From positions 32,001 to 96,000 of the IMG/VR virus record IMGVR_UViG_3300035670_012130: a stretch of 64,000 bases of DNA. One strand, 5' to 3'. Below the pieces are notes generated by a model. That model worked only from the letters and a program-made list of their open reading frames with translations. It was not told the DNA's origin and made no database searches. Positions 29,346 to 39,419 of this stretch are shown here, in pieces; the stretch's first letter is position 1, and every line of letters begins with the position of its first letter. This stretch comes from a virus. The translations under genes were made by a program, and so were the position numbers.

Positions 29346-29455
29346 TAATAATGGGAATTAATATTTAATATTAAAATGATTATTAACGTTAATCTTTAAA
29401 AGAAAATTATTAATTTTAAAATTTTAAGTTTAATTGTTGCTTTATTAAGCAGCAG
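29341..29455. repeat. Very AT-rich intergenic chain of short palindromes plus a small hairpin
   Basis: cccatta-a-taatggg, ttaatatt-t-aatattaa, attaacgttaat, tcttt-a-aaaga, aaaatta-t-taatttt, ttaaaattttaa, tgctt-tatt-aagca. Confidence 0.6.
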
Positions 29456-29461
29456 AACAAT

Positions 29462-30571
29462 TTATCCTCCAGTACCAATATTCCAGATATATCTGAAAAA
29501 TCTACTTCTTCCTCCAGGCATGTTAAATTCTGGTACAACTACTGATCTAATTCCAGGATAAGTAGCAATTGGTAATTTTTCTAACATTTTTTCAAAATCT
29601 TCTTTGTACATGGTTGCTGATTGTCTTATATCATCTGTAATTCTTGCATCTGGATCTTCAATAAGTAGTCTTCTTTGTCTATTTGTAAGACTTGTAAGCA
29701 AGCTTCTGAGAATGTAATATGCAGCACCGTACACTAATGCAGGATCATAATAGTAAGGAGCTGAGGAAACCGTTTGATATTTACTTGCACCAGGTTGAGA
29801 ATTTATTGTTTGTAATGCCATGTACAAACTGCTATTCATATGGTCATTTGTAATCATTTTTATGCTGTAAGATACTAAAACATTATCATAACTATGAATT
29901 TCAACAGGATCACCATTATTATCAATAAAATAGATATTTCCCATAAAATCATATTTCACCATTAAACCATCTGGATAGTTGTTTCCATCTGTGTATTGCG
30001 ACTCATAGCCATCTCTATTTTTGATAATTGGATCATATGTGGTATTGATGGTTGAATAAATAGGAACGGTTTCTGACAATTGAATTAATGGATCTCTATC
30101 TCCTTGATTAGATGGACCTGAAATTCTCACTTCTGGTTTTGGTACAGAATTCCAAAAAGAAAATGCTACAGAACCCACACTTCTATTTCTTCTAAAAATA
30201 ACTTCTTCGTCGTAAATAGGAATGTTCAAAAGATGCTCTAATTCATATCTTAAACTGCTTTTTACAAGTAATTCATCCCCTAGCATTGGAGATGAAGTAT
30301 TTAGTACATTTCCGTTCGAATCTACTTCTTGAATCCTATAGTAGTCTGAAGGAGACCCATTACCATCAACGCCTTCATTTGTTGGAAATGGCACTGTTGC
30401 TATAGTTGTGTAAGTGCCTTCAAAATTAGAGCTTTTTTGAATTTTATAAAAGGCAACATTTTGTGCTCCAGATCTTTCCCATTCAATAAAGATTCCTGGA
30501 TATGATGGCTGAGTATTGTAATAAACTAAAGTACTATTAGTAAAAGATTGAGCTGAAAAATCGTTTGCCAT
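29462..30571 (-). CDS. Putative neck/adaptor protein with N-terminal Fn3-like domain
   Basis: IEW....NVAFYKIQKS...YTTIATV...YYRIQEVD is Fn3-like; helical C-terminus ALQTINSQP...LVYGAAYY is adaptor-like. Confidence 0.5.
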   Translation of the reverse strand: MANDFSAQSFTNSTLVYYNTQPSYPGIFIEWERSGAQNVAFYKIQKSSNFEGTYTTIATVPFPTNEGVDGNGSPSDYYRIQEVDSNGNVLNTSSPMLGDELLVKSSLRYELEHLLNIPIYDEEVIFRRNRSVGSVAFSFWNSVPKPEVRISGPSNQGDRDPLIQLSETVPIYSTINTTYDPIIKNRDGYESQYTDGNNYPDGLMVKYDFMGNIYFIDNNGDPVEIHSYDNVLVSYSIKMITNDHMNSSLYMALQTINSQPGASKYQTVSSAPYYYDPALVYGAAYYILRSLLTSLTNRQRRLLIEDPDARITDDIRQSATMYKEDFEKMLEKLPIATYPGIRSVVVPEFNMPGGRSRFFRYIWNIGTGG

Positions 30572-30582
30572 ATTTTCTCCCC

Positions 30583-30619
30583 AAAAAAATAAAGGCCACC
30601 CGACTGGATAGCCTTTATT
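30583..30619 (-). terminator. Intrinsic terminator
   Basis: Minus strand aataaaggctatcc-agtc-gggtggcctttatt followed by a T tract, just after the stop at 30638. Confidence 0.75.
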
Positions 30620-30637
30620 CAGTCTAGATTAAACTTT

Positions 30638-31420
30638 CTAAACTCTTCTAATTGAGCCCTCTTCTCCATCACCCATATCAGCTTCTAAATCAATTGCATC
30701 GGCAATTGCATCATAGCCATCATCACCATTATCATCATAATTGAAGTCTGCCCCTGCTACTCTTCTATCACGATTATAATTTGTCATTTCAACTTCTCTG
30801 ACTGAGGATCCCTTGATTGCATCACTTGGAGGTTCTGCTACGAATGCTCTTCCTCTTGTTTCTACGCCAGATACTGAACTATTTGCATCAAGATTTTTTT
30901 GTTGAGCTAGCAACTGATTGATAATTCCTGGGTTTCTCTGCACTCTTTCAGCAAATTGCTCTACTGATAAGTCTTCACCTTGTAATTCTGCTTGTGTTTG
31001 AGCAATATCCAAAGCCATTGCGTAAGAGAGTGAATCATTAGCATATCCAGCTGTTGTTACGTTATTTTTATTCGAATAAGCTTTTTCGGCATCAATACTT
31101 TCAGCTTCAATAGTCTTTCCTTCAACATCTACAGTTCGAAGATTGTTAGTGCTTTGTTGTTTGAGTAGCTCTTTTTTGCCCTTAATAGCTGCTCTTTCTT
31201 CAATAGAATCAAATTGGTCTGGAGTTATTTTTCTTAACAAGCCAAGTCTGAGAGAATTTCTTAAGTCTTTTGATGCTTTAACAACTTTAGGATCTTCCCA
31301 AGTTAAGTCAATAGCTTGAAGAGGACCAAAGTTCAATCTAATATCGCTTACATAATGTGGTCCAAGAGTAACATTTTGCACGATAAATGATTCTGGTTCT
31401 TGATTTACACTTTCATTCAT
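30638..31420 (-). CDS. Hypothetical acidic protein (possible head-associated)
   Basis: 260-aa ORF followed by a strong terminator. Confidence 0.6.
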   Translation of the reverse strand: MNESVNQEPESFIVQNVTLGPHYVSDIRLNFGPLQAIDLTWEDPKVVKASKDLRNSLRLGLLRKITPDQFDSIEERAAIKGKKELLKQQSTNNLRTVDVEGKTIEAESIDAEKAYSNKNNVTTAGYANDSLSYAMALDIAQTQAELQGEDLSVEQFAERVQRNPGIINQLLAQQKNLDANSSVSGVETRGRAFVAEPPSDAIKGSSVREVEMTNYNRDRRVAGADFNYDDNGDDGYDAIADAIDLEADMGDGEEGSIRRV

Positions 31421-31423
31421 ATT

Positions 31424-31768
31424 TTAATCCTTTTTATTCACAGGTAAAGATGTTATACCGTCCAATCCTTCTTTTCCGGTCCAATACTCGTTTGATTTAG
31501 CTTCTCTTGAATTTGGATCATAAGAATTTTTCCTAACAGATTTTTGATCTTTGACAAATTCTGTCATTTGTTTTCTTTTGACTGTGGTGCCAAATTGTTT
31601 TTCTTTTGCAGTTAGTCCCTCTTGAACATTAAAACTGTTAAAAACTCTTTTAGCTTCTCCTACACCACAAGGGCAAGGAATTTTAGGTTGATATTCACTA
31701 AAAGAAAGAGATATTGTGAATGTTTTAGGTTCAGATGAGCATTCACATAAGTATTCGTATCTAGGCAT
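31424..31768 (-). CDS. FmdB-family zinc-ribbon protein
   Basis: MPRYEYLCEC...CPCG...KRVF. Confidence 0.8.
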   Translation of the reverse strand: MPRYEYLCECSSEPKTFTISLSFSEYQPKIPCPCGVGEAKRVFNSFNVQEGLTAKEKQFGTTVKRKQMTEFVKDQKSVRKNSYDPNSREAKSNEYWTGKEGLDGITSLPVNKKD

Positions 31769-31846
31769 ATTTTATTTTTAATTGGTTGAGATATACAGGT
31801 ATTTGTACAATATCTTACGAAATCTTATAAAAGGAGTACTCAAAAA

Positions 31847-32023
31847 ATGAGTTCAGAAATTACAGACGCAGGAACAACCCATCATATGTATTGTGTTAAG
31901 TGCAGAACTATGGTTATGGTTTCCGCTCCTAAAAAAATTGTTATGAAGAGTAGCAGACACGCACTTCAAGGCAAATGTCCTCACTGTTCAACATCTACTT
32001 TCAAAATTACAAAAGCAGAATAA
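31847..32023 (+). CDS. DUF5679-like small basic zinc-ribbon protein, 58 aa (not in ORF track)
   Basis: SD AAGGAG at 31831; MSSEITDAGTTHHMYCVKCRTMVMVSAPKKIVMKSSRHALQGKCPHCSTSTFKITKAE. Confidence 0.8.
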   Translation: MSSEITDAGTTHHMYCVKCRTMVMVSAPKKIVMKSSRHALQGKCPHCSTSTFKITKAE

Positions 32024-32028
32024 ATCTT

Positions 32029-34833
32029 ATGAAATTTGTATTCAATGATAGCTTGGCAACTTCTATGTCAGATGATAAAATAGATTCATCTGATGTTCGT
32101 TTTGTACCTAGTAGCATAATTATTGAGAAAAAAATTGTTACTTCAGCAACCATCAATACAATGGATGAATTGTTTGATGCTGTTAAAGGTTTTAAAAGTG
32201 AAGCAGAATTAGAAAGATTTATATCTTCCAATTCTGATGCTCAAGCATTATTGAAAGATCCTAAAAATCTTATTAAGTTTACAAAAAAAATGTCAGGCGC
32301 ATTTGGTGGAAGCTCTAGTTCTGGTGCTTCTTCATCTGCCGATAGGATTCAAAGCACATTGCTAGGAGGAGCAGAACAAGTTGGACAACCAGCTGAAGCT
32401 TATGCTCCTTTCTTAGAATCTAAAGATCAAATTATATCCAGACTTAAAGCATCAATGTCTGAAAAAGAAATTGGTGAAACTTTTGACAGATTAGAAAAGT
32501 TAATCCCATTCACTGAAGTTATCGGTTTACTTGAGTACTTAATACAGAAATCAAGATCTTGTTTTACTAGTGTTTCAGAGCTTATAAACTTTTTCGTTGA
32601 ATATTATGGACAAAAGTTTCAGTACGCTAGAGCTAAGAATATAATTGATTTAGCATGTGAATATCAGAAATTAAATCCTTCAGTTGATATTTTTTCTGTA
32701 TTGAGAGATGCTGTTGCTGGAAATCAACCAAAAGTTGGTTTGGGATATTTATCAAAAGATCCTGAGTCTCAGTTGACTTTCAATAACCTTCTTGAATTAG
32801 CTCAATCTAATTTACCAGAACAATCAGAAGAAATTAGAAGAAGATACCAAGCAAGTAGAGATTCTTTGCGCATTCAACAACAAAAAGTCAATATGCAAAG
32901 AGCTATTTATGACATGATGAAGACTGAAGAAATGAATCTTCAGCTTACAAAAATGATCAAATTTTTGGGTCAATCTTTTGAGTTTTTACTGACACAACCA
33001 ATGTATAGGGCTTTACGTGATATTTATTATGACTTATCTGCATCTAAAATATTATTAAATCAAGCTTCAAGTATATTCTTGGGCGATACTTCTCCTGAAA
33101 CTCAAAATTATTCACCTTTTGAAGAGCAACAACAAAGAGATGAAACATTTACTTCTATTCCTAACAAAAGACAACAATTCTCTGGATTAGAGCCAAAATT
33201 TCTCAAACTTGCAAGCCCTGAAGTTACAAGACATATTTTTGCTCAAACAGCACCAACAACTCCTGTAGCAACTCAAGAACAGAAAAATCAAGCTAAAGTT
33301 TCATTGCAACAAATATATAATTCCGTTGGAATCAGCTCTAACAATGTTATAGAAAAGATAAAGAGCGGTTTGAGTGCATTTGGCAAAGATATCCAAGAAA
33401 AGTGGAGCCAAGAATTCATTCCAAAAATTATAGCTATTTATGATGCTATTAAGAATTTGATTAGCAAATTAATTAATTCTATTGGTTCTAAATCTTTCAA
33501 TGCTGAAACAATATCTCAAGAATTCAATAAATTAATACAAGCAATTAGTGGCACTAGCCCAAATGCTACATTTGCAGAAACTATGAATTCGCCTTTAGCA
33601 ACTGGAGTGTTAGGACCAGCTCCAGCTTTTGGAGCTGCTGGAGCAGCTATGGGTGTTAATTTAGTTTCCCCAAATAATGGAAGCCAAAGAAGATCTAGCT
33701 CAAGTTTTTCAAAAATGGCTCAAAGGACTCCTCAGCAAGGAACAACACGGCCTGGTGATGATAAAACCAAAGCTTATATGTTGAATGCATTAGGAATTAT
33801 ATCTTCAATAGGTACTTTTATTGTTGGTGCAATATTCGCTAAAGATGTAGTTGCTTCACTATTGAGAGATCCTAAAGAGTGGTCAACAATAGTCACAGGC
33901 GTAATAGCTCTTCTGCTTGGTTTTAAAAATAATGTAATTGAATTATTTATGCAACTTAATCTTGTGGGTGGGAATGCACCTCAAAGTGCTCAGTTTTTTG
34001 ATAATGCTGGAAATTTGACAGCATTAGGTGCACAAAGAGCTGCAAACTTCCAGGAAGCTATGATTGCATTAGGAGTTTCTGACCAAGATGCAATGGCTTT
34101 GGGTAAGTTTAGGGTTCAAAAGACTTATCTTATGGAGCAATTATCTACTAAAGAAAGAAATCTTCAAGCTGCTGAAACACAAGCAGTTCAAGTAGGTGGA
34201 GGATCTCAGGTTAATACTGTAGGAGATTTGCCACAAGATTTTCAAAACAAATTAAAAGATTTTTTAGATTTCACCACTAAAGTTGAAACACAATTCAAAG
34301 CAATTTTGAATATTTATAGAAATGCTATAAACAACAATATGCAAAATTTCAATGAAGTTCAAAAAACTCAAGCTATGGGTGAACTAGCAGAATTTCAAAA
34401 AGACTTGATAGAAGTACAGCAAAAAAAATCTCAATGGTCTAGCATGAAAAATATTGCAGGTCATATGATGAGAAAAAGAATTTTACTCCAAAAGCTCAAG
34501 CCTCTTGAAAAACAATTGGATACTATGAAAAAATTAGGAATACCTATGGCTAATATCATAGCATCTCCAAACGGAATTCTTTCTCAAGTCAGCAGAATTA
34601 GAAATGAAGAACAACAAGCATTAGATAAATTACGTAAAGAATATTATGAAAAAATGGAATTGTTGAAAAATCCTGACAAAATTGCACCTTTAGTAAAATT
34701 ACCTACTGATACTGGAGTGACAAAATTGCCGCAAAGTTCTGATCAATCAGAATCTAAGAATTCTCCGTTTGATTTACCTGAAGATTCTCAATTTAATCCT
34801 AATGAAGATAATTCTAAACTTGGAGAAAGATAA
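32029..34833 (+). CDS. Large helical/coiled-coil protein with two hydrophobic segments (internal virion, ejection or tape-measure-like)
   Basis: Q/K/L-rich helices; ALGIISSIGTFIVGAIFA and WSTIVTGVIALLLGF segments; start moved to 32029 after the DUF5679-like stop. Confidence 0.5.
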   Translation: MKFVFNDSLATSMSDDKIDSSDVRFVPSSIIIEKKIVTSATINTMDELFDAVKGFKSEAELERFISSNSDAQALLKDPKNLIKFTKKMSGAFGGSSSSGASSSADRIQSTLLGGAEQVGQPAEAYAPFLESKDQIISRLKASMSEKEIGETFDRLEKLIPFTEVIGLLEYLIQKSRSCFTSVSELINFFVEYYGQKFQYARAKNIIDLACEYQKLNPSVDIFSVLRDAVAGNQPKVGLGYLSKDPESQLTFNNLLELAQSNLPEQSEEIRRRYQASRDSLRIQQQKVNMQRAIYDMMKTEEMNLQLTKMIKFLGQSFEFLLTQPMYRALRDIYYDLSASKILLNQASSIFLGDTSPETQNYSPFEEQQQRDETFTSIPNKRQQFSGLEPKFLKLASPEVTRHIFAQTAPTTPVATQEQKNQAKVSLQQIYNSVGISSNNVIEKIKSGLSAFGKDIQEKWSQEFIPKIIAIYDAIKNLISKLINSIGSKSFNAETISQEFNKLIQAISGTSPNATFAETMNSPLATGVLGPAPAFGAAGAAMGVNLVSPNNGSQRRSSSSFSKMAQRTPQQGTTRPGDDKTKAYMLNALGIISSIGTFIVGAIFAKDVVASLLRDPKEWSTIVTGVIALLLGFKNNVIELFMQLNLVGGNAPQSAQFFDNAGNLTALGAQRAANFQEAMIALGVSDQDAMALGKFRVQKTYLMEQLSTKERNLQAAETQAVQVGGGSQVNTVGDLPQDFQNKLKDFLDFTTKVETQFKAILNIYRNAINNNMQNFNEVQKTQAMGELAEFQKDLIEVQQKKSQWSSMKNIAGHMMRKRILLQKLKPLEKQLDTMKKLGIPMANIIASPNGILSQVSRIRNEEQQALDKLRKEYYEKMELLKNPDKIAPLVKLPTDTGVTKLPQSSDQSESKNSPFDLPEDSQFNPNEDNSKLGER

Positions 34834-35477
34834 TGTTCAAGAAAGTTATTGCACAAGTAAACGATTATATTCCCAAACTTACAAAAGCTGATTTTGATAA
34901 TAATTTGTCAAAAGTAGAGCAAGAAATTCTTGAAATTGAAAAAAAATATAAGTTTGATCAACAAATTGCAACTAATGTAAAATTTGATAATAAAAAATTT
35001 ACATTAGATCAATTTTTGAAAAAGCTCAAACAGCAAGCGTTTGCTTTAAAAGATAAGAAAAATACTAGCCAGATGTACGATACATCTCTCTTTCAAAATA
35101 TTGGGGGTAAAAACGTCGATATTTCAAGTGATGATGCTCAAGAAGGTTTAAAAAGAGATATTGCAGCTTTAGAAAGACAAATTCAAGAAAGAGAGCAGAC
35201 ATTAGCTGAGATTGACAATTATGTAGTTACATTATTGTCTGGAGAAATGAGCCAATTGAATATAGCACATACTAATGCAAAATTTGTAAAAATTGCAGAC
35301 AAGCCATCAGAAGAAGAAGTATTAGAGCCTGTTGAAGAATATTTTGATAAGCTTTATGACAATACTCCTGGAAGTCCTAATTATGGTAAATTAATGACTC
35401 ATCCAGAAAAACACAGAGATGAATTATCAACTGAAGCTCAGGTGAAAAGTTCTAAACCTAAATTTAAAAAGAAATAA
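34833..35477 (+). CDS. Hypothetical coiled-coil protein
   Basis: TAATG coupling; GGAG SD; heptad-like segments. Confidence 0.6.
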   Translation: MFKKVIAQVNDYIPKLTKADFDNNLSKVEQEILEIEKKYKFDQQIATNVKFDNKKFTLDQFLKKLKQQAFALKDKKNTSQMYDTSLFQNIGGKNVDISSDDAQEGLKRDIAALERQIQEREQTLAEIDNYVVTLLSGEMSQLNIAHTNAKFVKIADKPSEEEVLEPVEEYFDKLYDNTPGSPNYGKLMTHPEKHRDELSTEAQVKSSKPKFKKK

Positions 35478-35496
35478 TCTTCTTTACAATTAATTT

Positions 35497-38400
35497 ATGC
35501 CAGATATTGATTTTATCGAATATGATAAAATTTCAATTCAGTCAGATGCTTTTATTACATCTGCAGAATTAAATTGTTATTTTCAATATATACCATCTAC
35601 AAAAGCTATTTCTTACAATATAAAGAAAGAGCTTCATACTGCTGGTACAACCACAGATCCTAACGATTATAAAATTCCAGATGTATCTGATAAAATTCTT
35701 CCAAGAAAACTTTACAGAATAAATCCTTTTCATTCAAATTATTCTGAAAATTTAGAACTAAATAAAGTCAATGTTGATCCAGATATCATATATCCTACAA
35801 AAATAAAAGAGCAAAAGCAAAAAAATATCGATTATAGTGTTTTGGGACTAAATTCTGATCAAATAGAATTTATGATGGCTCTTCAAAATTTAAAATCTCT
35901 AAAGTCAGACGATTCTATAAAAAAACTTGATATTGAACAATTTGAAGCAATTGATGAAATTGTATCTAATGGTTTTTTCCAATTATATCCAAGATATATG
36001 GAAATGCTTACTACAGTTGTATCAGGTGGTTTTAATCAATTTTTTGAAGACACAGAATCTACTGAGACAATAAATGAGAATGAAGCCCTTGTAAATGATG
36101 CTATCAAAAAACTCGGCCTCAATCCTTCTGAAGTTAGAGTAAAAAAAAAATTTGAAGTAAGGTCTGGTAATTCGAAAAAAGATGAAGTTAATGCGTATCT
36201 TCAAGATATATCTTTTTCTAACAATGTTGCAAACAACACCAGATCTATAAACAATAATTCAGTATCTAATATAAATCAAATTAATTTACAAAACAATAAC
36301 AAAATCGATATACAAGTTAGATCATCTAGGGTTGTAAATAATCTTAATAGCATCAATAGTACAGATTTCAATTTTATTAATAATACAAATAGAACTGTTA
36401 GTCAGCTAGTCACAAACGTAAATAAATTTTCTGAATCTGCAAAATTAGATTTTGATAATTTATTTAAATCTATGTTAAAGGACTTGAATCTTACTCCGAA
36501 TATTGAAAACCAGTATTATAAAATTGTAAACCAACACAGCAAGAATTTGAGCGTAGAATTTAACAGAATTTTAAATCATTCTGAAAAAACTGTTTATGAG
36601 ACTAATCTTAAGAATTTGTCATCTTCATACAATTTTTATAGACATATCGAAAATAGATACAGAGAATTTATCCAAAACTTGAATTTTTTCAATGATACGG
36701 TTCAGCAAATTAAACAAACTGAAATAAACTTAAAGAATACTTATGAAAATATTCATAGGCACAGTGTGACGCATAAAAATAATCATTACAAAAATATTAT
36801 TAATTTAACCAAAAATGTTAATTATGAATACACTGCCAACGATTATGAATTTCAATATGCAGTTTTAAAGACAATAAAAAATAGCAATCAATATGTTGAA
36901 AATAAAATCTCAAAAATTAAGAATGATTTAAATATTGCTCAACAAAATATTTCTTTTGTTCATCACAGAATGGTTCATATCCAAGAAAAAACAAGTAATT
37001 TTGTAGTAAAAGAAATAAAGAATGTTCTAAATAATACAGACTACATTGATGAATATTCTAATATTATTGTCAATAAAATAAGCAACATATCTAATAATCA
37101 GACAGTAAGAGCATTATTATCATTAGTCACTAATGAAGAACAATTGAGTAGTATTTACACAGTATTGAGGCAAAGCAATATCAATACTTCTAACATTAAG
37201 AATTTAGTTGATGTAATAAACTATTCTAAAAATAATAATTTTGAAATTACTAAAGTTTCAAGTTCCACAGTAGAGAACATCAAAAGTTTAGTAAGTCTTT
37301 CGAAAAATATTGTTGATTTAAATAACACTGAAAATAAGATAATTCAGAATGTTGATAAGAATATTGTCAACAAATTATCTTCTATAAATGTCGAAGAGTT
37401 TAAATCTTTTGTAAATTTATCTGAATCAAAATCTTTCACAAAAATAGCGCAAAGTTATAAAAATATTTCAAATGTTATAGAAAATCTAAATACAATTTCT
37501 ATAAATCCAAAGATATCTTCAATTCGTGTTGATCAGAATAAAGTAGATAATTTTAATCAAACAATAAATCAATCTAATATTGGTTTTGTTGTTGAAAAGC
37601 TATCAAATTTTAACACGGAAAATATTACAGAAAAAATTAATTTACTCAAGAATATCAACATCACACAAGATATTAAAAAAACTGAAAATTTTGTAAGAAA
37701 AATTACAAGATTGGCAAGATATAATAATGTCAATAAAATTACAGAAAACATTGATGAAATAAGCAATTTACAAAGCAATGTCAACACTGCAGAATTTAAG
37801 ACAGAAATCCAGAACTTAAAAAATCTTATCAATGTTTCCAAAAATGTAAATATTTCTAATATTGAAAATTTAAAAGTATCTGAATTAAATCTTGTTTCTG
37901 ATAACATTGAAAAGTTGAGCAAAATTAGTCAGATAAATAACCTAACTCAAGAACAAGTAAATGTTGTCAAGCAGATAAGTCAAATAGAAAATATTAACCA
38001 GATTAATAAAATTATTAATCTAACAAAAACCAATGATATTTCTAATATAAAGTTATCTAATGTCAACCAAATCACAGAAGTTGTTCAGAAGATTTCTAAT
38101 ATTGAAAATAAAGATTTACTAAAAGTTGTAAATCTAACTAAAACTGTTCAAGAAAGAAAAATTTATAATAGAATTTCAAATCTTGTAAAAAATGTTGAGA
38201 TTCTGGATACTGTAAATGTCACTCAAGAAACTGCTCAAAATATCTCTAAAATTTCTAATACTAATAATATCAATCAGATTACTAAAGATTTGAATTTGAT
38301 TTCGCAAAACTATCAGGAATTCAAGACAAGTGTTCAGCAAATAAAGAATATTGCTCAAGTTAAAAATGTTGACCAAATAGTAAAGAATTTGAATTATGTA

Positions 38401-39417
38401 AACAATATAATTCAAGAAAACAATATTGTCAATCGTGTCAGTAAAATTGACCAAAAAGATTTTATCACTGCCATAAACTTGAGTAAAAATTATATTCAAT
38501 CGTTTAATAGATTTGAAAGTAAAATTAGCAGCATCTCTCAAAGACAAAGAATAAGAGAAACTTTACAAGATATCAACATTACAAATAATGAGATAAATAA
38601 TTCAACTGTTCAAATTACAAATAAAACACAAAAAGTTCAATTGCAAGAGTTTATTCAGAATCTTAATTTGTTGGAGACTGAGAAAAATACAACTATCTTA
38701 AATCGTTTTAGTTTTGAGAGTAATAAAAATAATATTTCTAATTTATTTAATGAACTAAACCTGACACAACAAATCAAGCAAGAAAAGCGAACTGAAAGAG
38801 AATTTGCCCGTATATCTAAACGATTAGATAGGATGAATAAAGAAACTATCAAAGTCCAGGGTAATTCGTACAAAGTTGAACAAAATTTCTTCGATATGAT
38901 GAATTTTTACAATGAGCAGAAAGTAACAAAGACAAGTAAAGACAGAAAGGTGAATAATTTCTTTCAATTGTTGGATGTACTAAATGTTCAGAAAACCACT
39001 AACGAAAGAAAAGTTACTCAAAAAATTCAGAAAATTGAACAAGTTCAAAACCGTATTGTAAATAACACTTCTCAGATCAAGATCGATGTTTACAAAGAAA
39101 AGAAAGATAATTATTACAAGGTAGATAATCGTCAAACTTTCACCACAAACAATTATCATCAAGAGAAAGAAGAACAGAAAAAAACAGAAAAGATAGTTGA
39201 AAACAAAGTAGAGGAGTTGCTTGTCAAGAAAATTGAAAATGTAACAAATAATTTAGTGACTAATGTAATCACTAAAAATGAATTCAACACTATCAAAAAA
39301 GAAATAATCCAAGAAATTTACAACATAGAAATGAAGACAGAAGAACGAATCAAAGAGCTGCGTAAAGAAACCCAGCAGACTGTACAAACTATGTTAGAAA
39401 GATTCTTAAGAAGTTAA
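35497..39417 (+). CDS. 1306-aa Asn/Ile/Lys-rich fibrous protein
   Basis: Long ORF preceded by TACAAT-6nt-ATG; extreme composition bias. Confidence 0.65.
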   Translation: MPDIDFIEYDKISIQSDAFITSAELNCYFQYIPSTKAISYNIKKELHTAGTTTDPNDYKIPDVSDKILPRKLYRINPFHSNYSENLELNKVNVDPDIIYPTKIKEQKQKNIDYSVLGLNSDQIEFMMALQNLKSLKSDDSIKKLDIEQFEAIDEIVSNGFFQLYPRYMEMLTTVVSGGFNQFFEDTESTETINENEALVNDAIKKLGLNPSEVRVKKKFEVRSGNSKKDEVNAYLQDISFSNNVANNTRSINNNSVSNINQINLQNNNKIDIQVRSSRVVNNLNSINSTDFNFINNTNRTVSQLVTNVNKFSESAKLDFDNLFKSMLKDLNLTPNIENQYYKIVNQHSKNLSVEFNRILNHSEKTVYETNLKNLSSSYNFYRHIENRYREFIQNLNFFNDTVQQIKQTEINLKNTYENIHRHSVTHKNNHYKNIINLTKNVNYEYTANDYEFQYAVLKTIKNSNQYVENKISKIKNDLNIAQQNISFVHHRMVHIQEKTSNFVVKEIKNVLNNTDYIDEYSNIIVNKISNISNNQTVRALLSLVTNEEQLSSIYTVLRQSNINTSNIKNLVDVINYSKNNNFEITKVSSSTVENIKSLVSLSKNIVDLNNTENKIIQNVDKNIVNKLSSINVEEFKSFVNLSESKSFTKIAQSYKNISNVIENLNTISINPKISSIRVDQNKVDNFNQTINQSNIGFVVEKLSNFNTENITEKINLLKNINITQDIKKTENFVRKITRLARYNNVNKITENIDEISNLQSNVNTAEFKTEIQNLKNLINVSKNVNISNIENLKVSELNLVSDNIEKLSKISQINNLTQEQVNVVKQISQIENINQINKIINLTKTNDISNIKLSNVNQITEVVQKISNIENKDLLKVVNLTKTVQERKIYNRISNLVKNVEILDTVNVTQETAQNISKISNTNNINQITKDLNLISQNYQEFKTSVQQIKNIAQVKNVDQIVKNLNYVNNIIQENNIVNRVSKIDQKDFITAINLSKNYIQSFNRFESKISSISQRQRIRETLQDINITNNEINNSTVQITNKTQKVQLQEFIQNLNLLETEKNTTILNRFSFESNKNNISNLFNELNLTQQIKQEKRTEREFARISKRLDRMNKETIKVQGNSYKVEQNFFDMMNFYNEQKVTKTSKDRKVNNFFQLLDVLNVQKTTNERKVTQKIQKIEQVQNRIVNNTSQIKIDVYKEKKDNYYKVDNRQTFTTNNYHQEKEEQKKTEKIVENKVEELLVKKIENVTNNLVTNVITKNEFNTIKKEIIQEIYNIEMKTEERIKELRKETQQTVQTMLERFLRS

Positions 39418-39419
39418 AA

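Noticed and set aside
8679-32028. Upstream starts given in the ORF track (8679, 9685, 11455, 13805, 18346, 31975; also 2753)
   Set aside because: They overlap neighbouring genes or promoters; downstream ATGs match family N-termini and coupling
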